Positions 29,131 to 39,212 are shown, numbered from the stretch's first letter. The stretch: 64,000 bases of DNA from an uncultured bacterium (GCA_963749125.1 CAVVLL010000001.1:53724-117723); one strand, 5' to 3'. Notes: generated by a model from the letters alone, not told the origin. Made by a program: numbers and translations.

Positions 29131-29152
29131 TTTCGATTTCCCTCAATCGCGT

Positions 29153-30235
29153 TCATATCTCGTATTTTCGGCGTTTCTCTTCGGGGATGATGCTCGGTCG
29201 CGGCTTCAGGCGCTCGGGAGGCGGGTTGTACTTTTCCTCAATTTCCTGAATTAGCTCGCGATAGCCCTTTTCGCGGAATGCATCGCCCATTTCGCGCGCT
29301 TCTTCAATCATCATGCAGGCGTGCCTGTGCGCCCCTGCATAATCGCCGTTGGCAATCAGCTCATCGGCGATACTGTCGTCAAACGTGCGCGCGCGGTCGG
29401 TGCGTGCCTGGAGCTTCGCCACCTGGTCCTCCAGGCTGGGCGCGAATATCTCGCTGCCGCCGGCGTCGCCATCATCACCCCAAATGGGAGCCGTAAGCTC
29501 GTCGCAAACCTCGTAATCATCAGGCTTGGGCTTGCGTTCCTGGATGGCGAGCGGCCAAACGAGCAATGCGCCCGCCAATGCGCCGCCTGCATGCGCGTAT
29601 ATGCCCAGGTTCATGCGGACGCCTTCGGAGATGGCCCACCAGGACAAGGCAAATTGAAACACTACCCAAGACCCGATAAACCAGACTGCGCTGATGTTGC
29701 GGAGGCGAAGGCCCCAAACGCCGGTGGCCATGTGGTCAATGCTAAACGGGTCAAACCAGACGAGCGACGTAATCTTCGCCCGAGGGTAAACCAGAAGGTA
29801 TGCAGCCATGACGCCTGCGATGGCCCCGCTTGCGCCAAGTCCCGGCAAAGTGCTTTCCGAGCCGAGGAACAGGGTGCATGCGCTCGCAGCCAGGCCGCAG
29901 ACGACATAGAAGAGCAGGAACCTTGCGCGCCCCATCAGCCATTCCACGTTGTCGCCGAAGAGCCAGAGGGCGTACATGTTCCCGAAGATGTGCCAGAAGT
30001 TAGCGTGCATGAACATGGACGTGAACATGGTTGTCCATGCCGGAATGTTGGTTCCGGGAACCACCTGGCCTTTCATGATGCGGTCCGGGATTTCGCCCCA
30101 CTGGTCGTAGGCCGCCATGAAGCCGTGCGGGTGCGTCCACATCATCCCGAAGACGACCATGTTGGCGATTATCAGGCTGACCGTGACGATTGGTTCCGCC
30201 CCGCAGCGCGCGTTGTCTCTAAGTGGAAGTGCCAC
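29153..30235 (-). CDS. Rhomboid-family intramembrane serine protease with a C-terminal cytoplasmic extension
   Basis: GASGAIAGV (rhomboid GxSG motif) and the catalytic His in AHAGGALAG. Six transmembrane segments. Confidence 0.75.
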   Translation of the reverse strand: MALPLRDNARCGAEPIVTVSLIIANMVVFGMMWTHPHGFMAAYDQWGEIPDRIMKGQVVPGTNIPAWTTMFTSMFMHANFWHIFGNMYALWLFGDNVEWLMGRARFLLFYVVCGLAASACTLFLGSESTLPGLGASGAIAGVMAAYLLVYPRAKITSLVWFDPFSIDHMATGVWGLRLRNISAVWFIGSWVVFQFALSWWAISEGVRMNLGIYAHAGGALAGALLVWPLAIQERKPKPDDYEVCDELTAPIWGDDGDAGGSEIFAPSLEDQVAKLQARTDRARTFDDSIADELIANGDYAGAHRHACMMIEEAREMGDAFREKGYRELIQEIEEKYNPPPERLKPRPSIIPEEKRRKYEI

Positions 30236-30300
30236 TCAAATTCACCCGGCGTGAATTATACAGCGTCGCTGGGCTCCCGCGTGTATAATCTGCGCTTCGC

Positions 30301-31683
30301 ATGGCGCTGAAGAATTACACAGCCGAATTGGGAACGCAGCCGCTCGGGCCGCTGCTCATACGCTTGAGCCTGCCGGGGATGGTTTCGTTCCTGATGATGA
30401 ACCTGTATAACGTGGTCAACACGTATTGGGTTTCGCGGCTGGGCGCGGACGCCATCGCGGCGCTGGCGGTCGTGTTCCCGTTCCAAATGGTGAACGTGGC
30501 GCTGGGCGCGGGCACGGGCATCGGCATCTCGTCGCTGGCATCGAGGCTCTTCGGCAGGTGCGACACCGAAGGCGCCAACCGCGTCGCCGGGCAGGTGTAT
30601 TTCCTGAGCCTTGCGCTGGGCGCGCTGACGCTCATCGTCGGCGCGGTCTTCACCGACGCCATCCTCAAAGTCTTCAACGCGCTGCCGGACTTCTGGGCGC
30701 TTTCGCACACCTACCTGTTCATCATCTCGTTTGGCACGCCGTTCCTCTACTTCATGATGATGAGCAATAATTTGCTGCGCGGAAGCGGCGACGCCATCAC
30801 GCCGATGTATATCACCATCGGCTCGGCGGTCGCCAACGCGATACTCGACCCGTTCCTCATCTTTGGGATAGGCCCGTTCCCGCAGATGGGCGTCGCAGGC
30901 GCGGCGCTGGGCACTCTCATCACGCAGTTCCTTGGCGCGGCCGCATACCTCATTTACATGAGCCGGAGCAGGTCTGCCTACCACGTTCGCGAGCAATACC
31001 TGCTACCCAACTTCCACGTCATCTACGACATCTACCGCGTCGGCGGGCCAGCGATGATAATGCAGCTCACCGCGAGCATTGTCATCGTGTTCTTCAACCA
31101 CTTCCTCGGCGCGTTCGGCACGGTCGCCATCGCCGCGTACGGCTTGTTCTTCCGCATCGTGGGCGTGTTCCTCATGCCCATCGTCGGCATGGCGCAGGGG
31201 CTTATGCCCATCGTGGGCTTCAACTACGGTTCGGGGGATTTGCGCAGGATGTGGAGTGCAATACGCATCGCGACCGTTTACGCCACGGTGGTCACGACGA
31301 CGGTGGAAGTGCTCCTGCTGCTGCTAGCGACCCCGCTCGCATCGCTGTTCGCCAAAGATCCCGTGTTGCTGGCGGAAGCCACGCTCGCCATCCGCATCTC
31401 AATCCTGGCGTTCTTCCTCGTTGGGCCGCAGTTCATGTGGATCACGGCGCTGCAGGGGATGAAACGTGGGGGCGAGGCGATGGCGCTTTCGCTGATGCGC
31501 CAGCTAATATTCATCCTCCCGCTGCTGGCGATATTCTCCCATTACTTCGGGCTTGCGGGGATTTGGGCCTCAGGCCCGGTCGCGGACACCTTGGCGTTCG
31601 TCGTCACGTTCATCTGGATATTGCGCGTGCGCAGAATGCTCCAGCCGCAGCCTCCCCCATCTCCAACCTCCGCTGCCGCCTGA
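30301..31683 (+). CDS. Multidrug and toxic compound extrusion (MATE) family efflux transporter
   Basis: 460 aa. 12 transmembrane segments. MATE-like N-terminus (PLLIRLSLPGMVSFLMMNLYNVVNTYWVSRLG). Confidence 0.8.
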   Translation: MALKNYTAELGTQPLGPLLIRLSLPGMVSFLMMNLYNVVNTYWVSRLGADAIAALAVVFPFQMVNVALGAGTGIGISSLASRLFGRCDTEGANRVAGQVYFLSLALGALTLIVGAVFTDAILKVFNALPDFWALSHTYLFIISFGTPFLYFMMMSNNLLRGSGDAITPMYITIGSAVANAILDPFLIFGIGPFPQMGVAGAALGTLITQFLGAAAYLIYMSRSRSAYHVREQYLLPNFHVIYDIYRVGGPAMIMQLTASIVIVFFNHFLGAFGTVAIAAYGLFFRIVGVFLMPIVGMAQGLMPIVGFNYGSGDLRRMWSAIRIATVYATVVTTTVEVLLLLLATPLASLFAKDPVLLAEATLAIRISILAFFLVGPQFMWITALQGMKRGGEAMALSLMRQLIFILPLLAIFSHYFGLAGIWASGPVADTLAFVVTFIWILRVRRMLQPQPPPSPTSAAA

Positions 31684-31749
31684 GCACGCAATAGGCGCGA
31701 AGTTGCTTATTGGCGCTGCATATAATAGAATCTGCGCGGGTGATGCGGC

Positions 31750-32199
31750 TTGGATTCAAGCCTAAAACTATTCCAACGAATGCGGTCTAAGACCATTGAA
31801 CTGCTGGATTGCGTTCCAGACGAATTTCTCACGTGCAAATCCGCTGATAACCGGACAGTGGCGCAGATCTTCGCGCACATCCACGACGGCGTTTGCATCT
31901 GGATGAAGTCCCACTCGGAGAGCTGGCGCTGCGACGAGATCGGGGAGACTCAGCATCACGCCCGCGAGAAGCTGCGCGAAGCGCTCATTGAAAGCGGCAA
32001 AGGGCTGATGGGCATAGCAGGTTCATCCAACACCGAATTCCTCAACAACGACGTTTCCATCGTGGGAACAGGCGCAGACCTCATCTGTTACCTTGCCGCC
32101 CACGAAGCGCACCACCATGGCGTGATAGCCACGCTAGTCCTCCAGGCTGGCCAGTCCGAAGTCCACAAGAGCATCTGGTCCGAAGGCAAAGAGATCTAG
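31750..32199 (+). CDS. DinB/YfiT-like (DinB_2) metal-dependent hydrolase superfamily protein
   Basis: His triad context AHIHDG...HEAHHHG. Confidence 0.6.
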   Translation: MDSSLKLFQRMRSKTIELLDCVPDEFLTCKSADNRTVAQIFAHIHDGVCIWMKSHSESWRCDEIGETQHHAREKLREALIESGKGLMGIAGSSNTEFLNNDVSIVGTGADLICYLAAHEAHHHGVIATLVLQAGQSEVHKSIWSEGKEI

Positions 32200-32301
32200 G
32201 CTAAGCCGGGTTAGCTATAATACCTGCGCACGGCGCTGGCGGCTTGAACACCTTTAGCCAATCCTGCGTCAAATGTTCATGTCTTTTCAGGAGGTCGCAT
32301 A

Positions 32302-33006
32302 ATGCACGACGAACACTCTGAACACGGCTGCAAGCACAAGGGGCAGAAGCTCCGCGTCAAGCTGGCCATGATGCGCTGCATGATGGCAGGCTTGTTTGCG
32401 GTCGGAGTTATCTTCTATCTTTCATCCCTGCATTCCAGAATGTCGCCGTGGACCTATTGGTCGCTGTTCGGCGCGCTGGCTGTGCTTGCGGCTAGCGCTA
32501 TGATGGGCGCTGGCGTTGTTGAGAAGAGCATCAACTCGCTGATTGAGAACAACGACTGGCCCGTGGAGGCCGAAGTCGGCGGCTATGCGAAGTGGCAAAA
32601 GCTCCTCATCGGGCTGGCGTGGCTGCTCATCCTCGTCGGCGTGATTACCGCGGTTTACGTCAAGCCCGGCATCCGCCGCCCGCAGCCTAACCAGAACCAG
32701 ATGATGATGCAGCAAAACCAGCGCATGCCCGATGGACGGATGCAGCAGCAGATGTTGGAGCGCCAGGGCATGCAGCCCGGACAGCCTATCCGCCCGCAGC
32801 AGCCCGGCATGCAACCCGGTGGGCAACCTGGTGGACAGCCCGGCCAGCAGCCTCAGAGGCCTGGCGCCAACCAGCCTCCCGGCGGTCAAGTTCCCCCAGG
32901 GCAGAACCCTCCCGGCGGGCAGCGTCCTCCTGGCGGCGGTGGACAAATCCTCCTCCCGGCCAGCAACCGCCAAAGACTGGCGGCAAATAGCTCGCACTTG
33001 AATTAG
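32302..33006 (+). CDS. Membrane protein with a P/Q/G-rich low-complexity C-terminus
   Basis: Transmembrane segments followed by PGMQPGGQPGGQPGQQPQRPG... Confidence 0.5.
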   Translation: MHDEHSEHGCKHKGQKLRVKLAMMRCMMAGLFAVGVIFYLSSLHSRMSPWTYWSLFGALAVLAASAMMGAGVVEKSINSLIENNDWPVEAEVGGYAKWQKLLIGLAWLLILVGVITAVYVKPGIRRPQPNQNQMMMQQNQRMPDGRMQQQMLERQGMQPGQPIRPQQPGMQPGGQPGGQPGQQPQRPGANQPPGGQVPPGQNPPGGQRPPGGGGQILLPASNRQRLAANSSHLN

Positions 33007-33063
33007 AGGTTTACCTTCGCGTATCGGCGCGGGATTGGCATCAGTGCCCGTCCCGCGCTTCGC

Positions 33064-34824
33064 TTAAGCCTTGGGTGGCTTAACAAAGAGCTTCTTCCAA
33101 GCGCGCTTCGTAAGCGCGTCCTCAATGCTCCCCGGCAGGTCGCAGAACACGCCATGCTGCGGCCATCCAGTGATGAGGCCGTCCTTTCCGCCAATCCAGT
33201 TGTAGGAATCCCTTCCCCCGCCTTCGTCAATGAACAACGATAGCGAAGTCCCGCCGTGATAGTCGTTGCCACCTGCGCGCGCCTGCCCTGCGGGGTAATC
33301 GTAAATGTCGTTACCGCCTCGGTCCCACATCACGCAAAGCGCGTTGTGCGCCGATGCGCCCTGCGAGAAGCCCCCACCGCCCTCGTAAACATCGTCGCCG
33401 CCGCCTTCAATGAACATGGTCACGCATTCATCCCACGCCAGTCCTTGCGCGACAGCTTGGCGCGTGCGGTAGCGGTCGTCACCTGAATCTTCAATAAAGC
33501 AGCCGACGGCCTGGTGTGCGCAAAAGCCCTGGTTGTATCGTGAACCGATGTAGCGGTCGTCGCCTGCGAAGTCGCGCAGGAAGCCGTAGCCGAAGTAATA
33601 CCCGCCGCCTTGCGAGAAGTTGCCGGCCTCGTAATAATCATCGCCAGCGAAGTCCATCATCCCCGCGATGCCGCCCGACGCGTATTCGCGGAAACCCATC
33701 GCGCATCCCTGCGACCATGCGTCAAAGATGCCCGCGTCGCCGTAATTGGTCGGATACTTCCCCGAGGCGTAACAGAAGTCGTCGCCGGCGGCGTCAATGT
33801 GCATGCCGATTGCGCGCGCGCCTGCGAAGCCCTGCGACTTGCACTGCGCCTCGGCGCGGTCGTTTCCGTCAAGGTCAATCTTGAGCCCGACGCCGAATAT
33901 CGCTGCGCCCTGCATCAGCTCTTCGCCGCGATAGGTGTCGTCACCGGCGCTGTCAATGAGCGCGCCTGCGCCCATGAAACCCGTCCCCTGCGACCATTGC
34001 AGGCCAACGTATTCGTCATTGCCCTGCATATCAATTAGCAGCCCGACTCCCATTGACCCGCTGCCTTGCGAATAGCGCTGCGTTGAAGAATAGTCGTCGT
34101 TGCCGCTGCATTCAATGAGCACGCCTACTGGATGCTTCAGCGAAGTCCCCGACCCCGCCGTCGTCGTGTAGAAGTCATTACCGCCAAGGTCAATGAGCAG
34201 AGTAGGAGCTTCGCCCTGCCGCCATGTCTTCCCTTCGCCAGAAATGATGAGCTTGCCCAATGGCGTTTCGCGTACGATCAAGTCCGTATCGGTTAGCTTT
34301 GTTGCGAACTCAGCGCGCAGGTCTTCCTGCATCGCCTTCAAGTAAGCGCCGTCAGTAACGCGCGCGAGCTGCATCTGCGCCAGCATTAGCTCGCCATAGT
34401 TGATGCGCTTCGCCATCTGCACAAGTTTAATGTTGCCCTTCATTCGCGCACGGTCTTCGTCTTCGTGGATGTAAGTCATCCAACAAAATACGTCGGTGAG
34501 CTGCTCGCGCTGCGTTTCAAGGAACGCTTTCTCTTCGTCGGAGAAATCCACGAACGCGGCGTTCACGTGCGTCGCGGCAGCGTCAAGAATCGCGTACAGC
34601 TGGTCAAGGTGTTGCTCAGCAGTCAGGCCGGTCTTCAGCGGCGAATATGCGGTCTTGATGGGCGCGATGTCCTGCAGGTCGCGCACCTCGTTGAGCAGCG
34701 CGCTGTAACCGTCAATGCCGCGTGACACGTAATCGCGCGCATGATCTGTGAGACTACGCGTGATTCTTTCGTCTCTTAAGTCCATCGCGCAAAATGTAAG
34801 TCGTGCGCTTGAAACGATAGCCAT
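33064..34824 (-). CDS. Repeat protein with about 13 G(N/D)DxY-containing units of about 26 aa after an N-terminal domain of about 200 aa (start uncertain, 34785-34896)
   Basis: Recurring xID..G(N/D)D.Y....SQG.G..G.G units (LGGNDFY, SGNDDY, QGNDEY, AGDDTY, AGDDYY, AGDDRY, SGDDRY, GGDDVY, GGNDIY ...). Beta-solenoid/beta-roll-like periodicity. Confidence 0.5.
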   Translation of the reverse strand: MAIVSSARLTFCAMDLRDERITRSLTDHARDYVSRGIDGYSALLNEVRDLQDIAPIKTAYSPLKTGLTAEQHLDQLYAILDAAATHVNAAFVDFSDEEKAFLETQREQLTDVFCWMTYIHEDEDRARMKGNIKLVQMAKRINYGELMLAQMQLARVTDGAYLKAMQEDLRAEFATKLTDTDLIVRETPLGKLIISGEGKTWRQGEAPTLLIDLGGNDFYTTTAGSGTSLKHPVGVLIECSGNDDYSSTQRYSQGSGSMGVGLLIDMQGNDEYVGLQWSQGTGFMGAGALIDSAGDDTYRGEELMQGAAIFGVGLKIDLDGNDRAEAQCKSQGFAGARAIGMHIDAAGDDFCYASGKYPTNYGDAGIFDAWSQGCAMGFREYASGGIAGMMDFAGDDYYEAGNFSQGGGYYFGYGFLRDFAGDDRYIGSRYNQGFCAHQAVGCFIEDSGDDRYRTRQAVAQGLAWDECVTMFIEGGGDDVYEGGGGFSQGASAHNALCVMWDRGGNDIYDYPAGQARAGGNDYHGGTSLSLFIDEGGGRDSYNWIGGKDGLITGWPQHGVFCDLPGSIEDALTKRAWKKLFVKPPKA

Positions 34825-35458
34825 CGTCGGGCGTGGCACGGTTGTAGAGGCGCAGCCACAAATCGTCGCAATCTTTGCGGATGCCGAATGCGTCAATCAT
34901 CTCGTCCATCAACGACCGAACTTGCGGGTTGGCGTCGGTAATCCCCGGCAGCAACATTTCGTTCGGCGCAAATGCACTTGTCCCAACTTCCGGCCGCTTT
35001 GCAAGGACAATTGTTGCTGTGAATGTAGTCGGTTCATTGACCGCGTCAAGCTGCGCTTTCTCCCCAACCTTCAAGTTGCCAACAATCGGCGCGAACTCAC
35101 GTAAGGGATCGGCGGTTGTATATGGCGTACCATTCAACGCGATGCTAATCTGCGGCCCGGGGCGGAAGATCTCAAGCTCAAGCGTATCGTCAACCTGCTT
35201 GTCCTTGAGCGCGTCCTGCAAAGCTGCAAGGAAACCAGCGCTGTCGCCTTCCAGCTTCTTGCCTTCAATGCCGATGATGATGTCGCCGGTGCGCAATCCT
35301 GCCAGTTCCGCAGGCGATTCCTGCACGACTTCTAGCTGGATGCCAGGCGGCTCGGTGACAACCGTCATGCGTACGCCCATATAGACGCCGTCGGCTGCGA
35401 ACGCCGCTTTCGCCACGAGAGTCAGCATTGCCGCTATGATTAAGGCAAGTAGCCTCAT
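34754..35458 (-). CDS. Periplasmic PDZ-domain protein
   Basis: Signal peptide. AELAGLRTGDIIIGIEGKKL is a PDZ core. Confidence 0.7.
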   Translation of the reverse strand: MRLLALIIAAMLTLVAKAAFAADGVYMGVRMTVVTEPPGIQLEVVQESPAELAGLRTGDIIIGIEGKKLEGDSAGFLAALQDALKDKQVDDTLELEIFRPGPQISIALNGTPYTTADPLREFAPIVGNLKVGEKAQLDAVNEPTTFTATIVLAKRPEVGTSAFAPNEMLLPGITDANPQVRSLMDEMIDAFGIRKDCDDLWLRLYNRATPDDGYRFKRTTYILRDGLKRRKNHA

Positions 35459-35499
35459 ATCCTTCCCCCGATTGTTAATAACTACTTACGCTGAGTGCG

Positions 35500-36390
35500 T
35501 CACTTGATGTTGACTGCCGCCGGTGCAGTGCCGCTGGCGGGCTTTGTGTAATCAAGCTCCGAGCCAAACAGGCTGTGCGGGATCATGAACACTGCGAGCA
35601 TGATGAATGCCGCGATGAACGCTGCCCATCTCGCCCGCCTCGCAGCCTTTAAGGCAGGCATTCCGCCGCTGCGCGCTATGACCACCAGCGCGACCACCCA
35701 AGCAATGAGCGCAATCAGCGTCTTGTTGTCGGTTAGGTCCCAGCCCAGCGGGACGCCTGTCCACCATTCGCCGAAAGCGTAATGCTGCATTATCGGGCCA
35801 AATACGAAGCCGCCGATGAGCAGCGTGATGAACGTCCACCACACGAGCTTGCGCAAGTTGGCTCCGCCCGTAATGGCTTCCAGCCCCGCGCGCGCAGCCA
35901 TGAGCATCGCGCCGAACATTAACAGCACGTGCAGGACAGTGATGAAGACAGGAACGCTGCCCTTGAAGCGGATGACGGCGGGCGTCGCGGGGAACCTCGC
36001 CTCGGATGGGCCGTTGCGCACGACGATGTAATACTCTATCTTGCCTGCGGGGGGCTGCGACGGGATGTACGCCGCAAGATCTTCGCCCTCGCGCGCCAGT
36101 ATCATCGCTTTCAGCGGGTCGGATGACTTATAGCGTTTGAAGAACGCGACTCCCGCAAATCCCTCGGGCGCTTTGAATGCTACCCGCGCGTCCTTGGTCG
36201 CTTCGCTGGAGCGTAGCAGCTTGTAACGGATTTCCTGGCTGCCCACTTTCGCAGTGCCTTTAATCGGATACGTCGGGCCGGTCGTGCGCTGGTAATACGC
36301 CGAAAGCAGCGTGATTACCACCGCAAGCACCCATAGCCAAGTCCCAGTAATTTTCGCGCGCCGGTTCATCCGGCTGGTTTCGTCTCCCAT
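35500..36390 (-). CDS. Integral membrane protein (one N-terminal transmembrane segment, a periplasmic domain, then four transmembrane segments)
   Basis: Hydrophobicity pattern only. Confidence 0.5.
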   Translation of the reverse strand: MGDETSRMNRRAKITGTWLWVLAVVITLLSAYYQRTTGPTYPIKGTAKVGSQEIRYKLLRSSEATKDARVAFKAPEGFAGVAFFKRYKSSDPLKAMILAREGEDLAAYIPSQPPAGKIEYYIVVRNGPSEARFPATPAVIRFKGSVPVFITVLHVLLMFGAMLMAARAGLEAITGGANLRKLVWWTFITLLIGGFVFGPIMQHYAFGEWWTGVPLGWDLTDNKTLIALIAWVVALVVIARSGGMPALKAARRARWAAFIAAFIMLAVFMIPHSLFGSELDYTKPASGTAPAAVNIK

Positions 36391-36456
36391 AACTCACGAT
36401 TTTAGCACTCAAATTCGTCCTTCGCTTGCGATAAAGCGCGGATTAGGCGGGTATGA

Positions 36457-37449
36457 ATGAGATGCTTGGATACCGGAGCGAGAATGTTTCTGCCTGAGTT
36501 TCCAAGCGCAGCATGGCTTAACTCAGAGCCCCTAACCAGGGCAAGCATTGAAGGCCGCGTTGTCCTCGTGGATTTCTGGGACTACACCTGCGTGAATTGC
36601 ATACGCACGCTTCCGCACATCCGCGAATGGCACAGCAAATATAAAGATAAAGGCCTTGTTATCATCGGCGTTCACACTCCTGAATTCATTTTCGCCCGCG
36701 AGAAGGAGAACGTCGCCCACGCCGCGCAATCCTTCGGCCTGGACTACCCCATCGTTCTTGATAACGATTACTTGATTTGGAACGCATTCGGCAACCGCTA
36801 CTGGCCGGCAAAATATTTCTTTGACCACCGGCTGCGTCTGCGCAACTCCCATTTCGGCGAAGGCGCATATGCAGACAGTGAGCGCGGCATCCAGGCATTA
36901 CTGCACGACCGCGACGCATCTGTTGAACTGCCGGAAATAATGAAGACGCAAGCCGCTCCCGATGAAGGCGCATTCTGCGTGCCTGTGACACCGGAGCTCT
37001 ATCTTGGCTGGGCGCGAGGCATGTTCGGCAACGCAAGCCCTGTATACAACGGGAAGCCCAGCCCCTTCAAGCTGCCGGATAAGCTGGTGCCGGACATGGT
37101 TTACTTGGACGGTGAGTTCATGGTTAGCCAGTGGGGCGTATCGGCGGCCGGCTCAGGCGATAGGCCTGCGAGGCTATTGCTCAAGTATGAAGCGTTGGAA
37201 GCTAATATCGTCTTGCATCCGCCGCCGAGCGGGCCGGGAATGCTTGAGCTTAGACACGACGGTGAGCCGTTGAAGTTGAACATTGCGCCGGAAGCAGTCA
37301 GCGAAGACGGCAAGACTATACTGCGCGTGGACGTCCCCAAGATGTATAACCTCGTGCGCAACCCGCATGTTGAATCCCACACGCTTGAACTTATCTGGCA
37401 TACGGCAGGGATTGAAGCGTTCGCTTTCACCTTCACAAGCTGCGGTTAA
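36457..37449 (+). CDS. Thioredoxin-like (TlpA/redoxin-type) protein with a CxxC motif and a C-terminal domain
   Basis: VVLVDFWDYTCVNCIRTLPHI...IIGVHTPEF matches the redoxin-fold signature. Confidence 0.7.
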   Translation: MRCLDTGARMFLPEFPSAAWLNSEPLTRASIEGRVVLVDFWDYTCVNCIRTLPHIREWHSKYKDKGLVIIGVHTPEFIFAREKENVAHAAQSFGLDYPIVLDNDYLIWNAFGNRYWPAKYFFDHRLRLRNSHFGEGAYADSERGIQALLHDRDASVELPEIMKTQAAPDEGAFCVPVTPELYLGWARGMFGNASPVYNGKPSPFKLPDKLVPDMVYLDGEFMVSQWGVSAAGSGDRPARLLLKYEALEANIVLHPPPSGPGMLELRHDGEPLKLNIAPEAVSEDGKTILRVDVPKMYNLVRNPHVESHTLELIWHTAGIEAFAFTFTSCG

Positions 37450-37483
37450 GCGCCCGTGCGGTATAATCTCGCTGGAGGGAACT

Positions 37484-38176
37484 ATGAGAACACTGGCTGT
37501 AATTTTGCTTGCCGCATTTCTGGCATCTATCCCCGCGTCTTTTGCCGCAGCCGAGAAACTCGCATTATCAGAAGCCGATAAGGCGGAGATACTGACGCTT
37601 GCGACTAGAGTTGAAACCGCAATCGCTGCCAAAGACACCAAGCTCCTTCAGGCCTGCTGCGATCCTTGGGGCGGAGTATGGATAGATGCAGGGCACAGCG
37701 GCAGCTATAATCCCGCGCCTGTTATCTACTATGGATGGGAACAAATCGCCGATATCCTCAACGACGACAGGCTTTACTTCCTAGGGTGGACCGACGGTTC
37801 GGGTATGCCTGTCTACGGCCGGGCATCCGAGATTGTTTGGGATGGAATGTGGGAGGTCCACGGTGTCGGTAACGACCCTAGCCTGGGCGAGCCGGGCGAA
37901 TATCCTATGTTGATCGGGCGAACCTCGTTGTCCGACATGATCGCGCTGTATGACGGCTATGAGCTTGATGCGCTCACTCACCCGCCTGCAAACATTCTCT
38001 TCCCTTGGCAATACGATTACCACTTCGTGCAGTATTTCTACGCCGGCGAAGACGGTAATCCTGAAGAGGCTTACGACAACCAGCTTTGGTTCCTGCTGTT
38101 TGACGAGAGGATGGAGCACGCAGGAACAGACTGGTGCCTCGTTGGCATCGCCCACCTAGACGGCTGGGGGATTTAG
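37484..38176 (+). CDS. Hypothetical secreted protein
   Basis: Ribosome-binding site GGAGGGA. Signal peptide MRTLAVILLAAFLASIPASFAAA. Confidence 0.55.
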   Translation: MRTLAVILLAAFLASIPASFAAAEKLALSEADKAEILTLATRVETAIAAKDTKLLQACCDPWGGVWIDAGHSGSYNPAPVIYYGWEQIADILNDDRLYFLGWTDGSGMPVYGRASEIVWDGMWEVHGVGNDPSLGEPGEYPMLIGRTSLSDMIALYDGYELDALTHPPANILFPWQYDYHFVQYFYAGEDGNPEEAYDNQLWFLLFDERMEHAGTDWCLVGIAHLDGWGI

Positions 38177-38821
38177 CTGCGAGGCGATATCGTCCGTAGT
38201 GGCCACATACGCAAAGCCGAACGCCAGGTTGAGCAGGCTCGCCACGTGCATTTCTTCGCACACGCTTCCAGTCGCGTCGGCGGGGATGAAGACCCGGTAA
38301 TCCCGCATGTAAGCATCACGCGCCGTAGTCTCGCAACAAAGGTTTGTCATTATGCCGGTGATGACCAAGTCTTCTACTTTGAAGCCGCGCAGCACCGTAT
38401 CCAGGTCGGTGTTGTAGAAAGATGAATACCTGCGCTTGAGTATCACTGGCTCTCCCGGCAACGGCGCCAGGCTGCTGTGAACTTCAAATTCCGGGCTGCC
38501 TTCAATGCTCATCCCGTCCCACCACCAGCCCATTATCCCCGCATCAGAGCCGTCTGCGCGGTGTACATGCCGCGTGAATATGACGGGACGCTTGGCCGCG
38601 CGAAACGCGTCAACGAGCCGCTTGACGTTTGGCAGGATAACTTGCCCGCCGCATGTAAAAGTCGGAGATTGCGGGTCAAGGAAGAACTCCTGCATGTCGA
38701 TCACCAGCAGCGCAGACTTGCCGGTATCCAGCCGCATCGCATGCTGGTTATACGGTTCTATCTCTTCAAGCCATCGCTGAGTAGATTGCGCGAGTGACTT
38801 CTCTGTCACGTACGGCTTCAT
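38156..38821 (-). CDS. Isochorismatase-family cysteine hydrolase
   Basis: ALLVIDMQEFF ... ITGIMTNLCCETTARDA (catalytic Cys context). Confidence 0.75.
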   Translation of the reverse strand: MKPYVTEKSLAQSTQRWLEEIEPYNQHAMRLDTGKSALLVIDMQEFFLDPQSPTFTCGGQVILPNVKRLVDAFRAAKRPVIFTRHVHRADGSDAGIMGWWWDGMSIEGSPEFEVHSSLAPLPGEPVILKRRYSSFYNTDLDTVLRGFKVEDLVITGIMTNLCCETTARDAYMRDYRVFIPADATGSVCEEMHVASLLNLAFGFAYVATTDDIASQLNPPAV

Positions 38822-38858
38822 ATACGAGCTCCTTACAGTTAGTGGGAATTGTGTTTGC

Positions 38859-39212
38859 CTATGTCTTTGACCAAAGGCCGAGCTTGTTGCCAAGGCTGTC
38901 CCGGAAGTAGCAGTAGTAGCCCATCTGCCCATTGGCAATCGCCGTCTTCTCGGTAATCCCTTTGCCGCCGTTGTCTGCGATCTTTCCCAGCATCGCGGGG
39001 ATGTCATCGCATTCAATTATAAGCACGCAGCCGCCTTCGCTGGGTTTCTCCGTTCCATCAAAGCCGCCGCCCAAAGTATCATCGCCGATTTTAATCATTG
39101 CATAGCGGCCATCGCCCCAAAGCTCTACTTTCCAGCCGAAAACCGTCTCATAGAAACGCTTCGCCTCGGCCATATCCGGCACGGGTATTTCAAAGTGACA
39201 GATGTCGTGCAT
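38859..39212 (-). CDS. Glyoxalase/bleomycin-resistance (VOC) family protein
   Basis: HFEIPVPDMAEAKRFYETVFGW. 117 aa. Confidence 0.75.
   Translation of the reverse strand: MHDICHFEIPVPDMAEAKRFYETVFGWKVELWGDGRYAMIKIGDDTLGGGFDGTEKPSEGGCVLIIECDDIPAMLGKIADNGGKGITEKTAIANGQMGYYCYFRDSLGNKLGLWSKT

Noticed and set aside
33064-34896. RTX-toxin-like Ca-binding repeat protein
   Set aside because: The GG(N/D)DxY units recur every roughly 26 aa rather than as tandem nonapeptides. No signal peptide or C-terminal secretion signal is evident. Described only as an unknown repeat protein.
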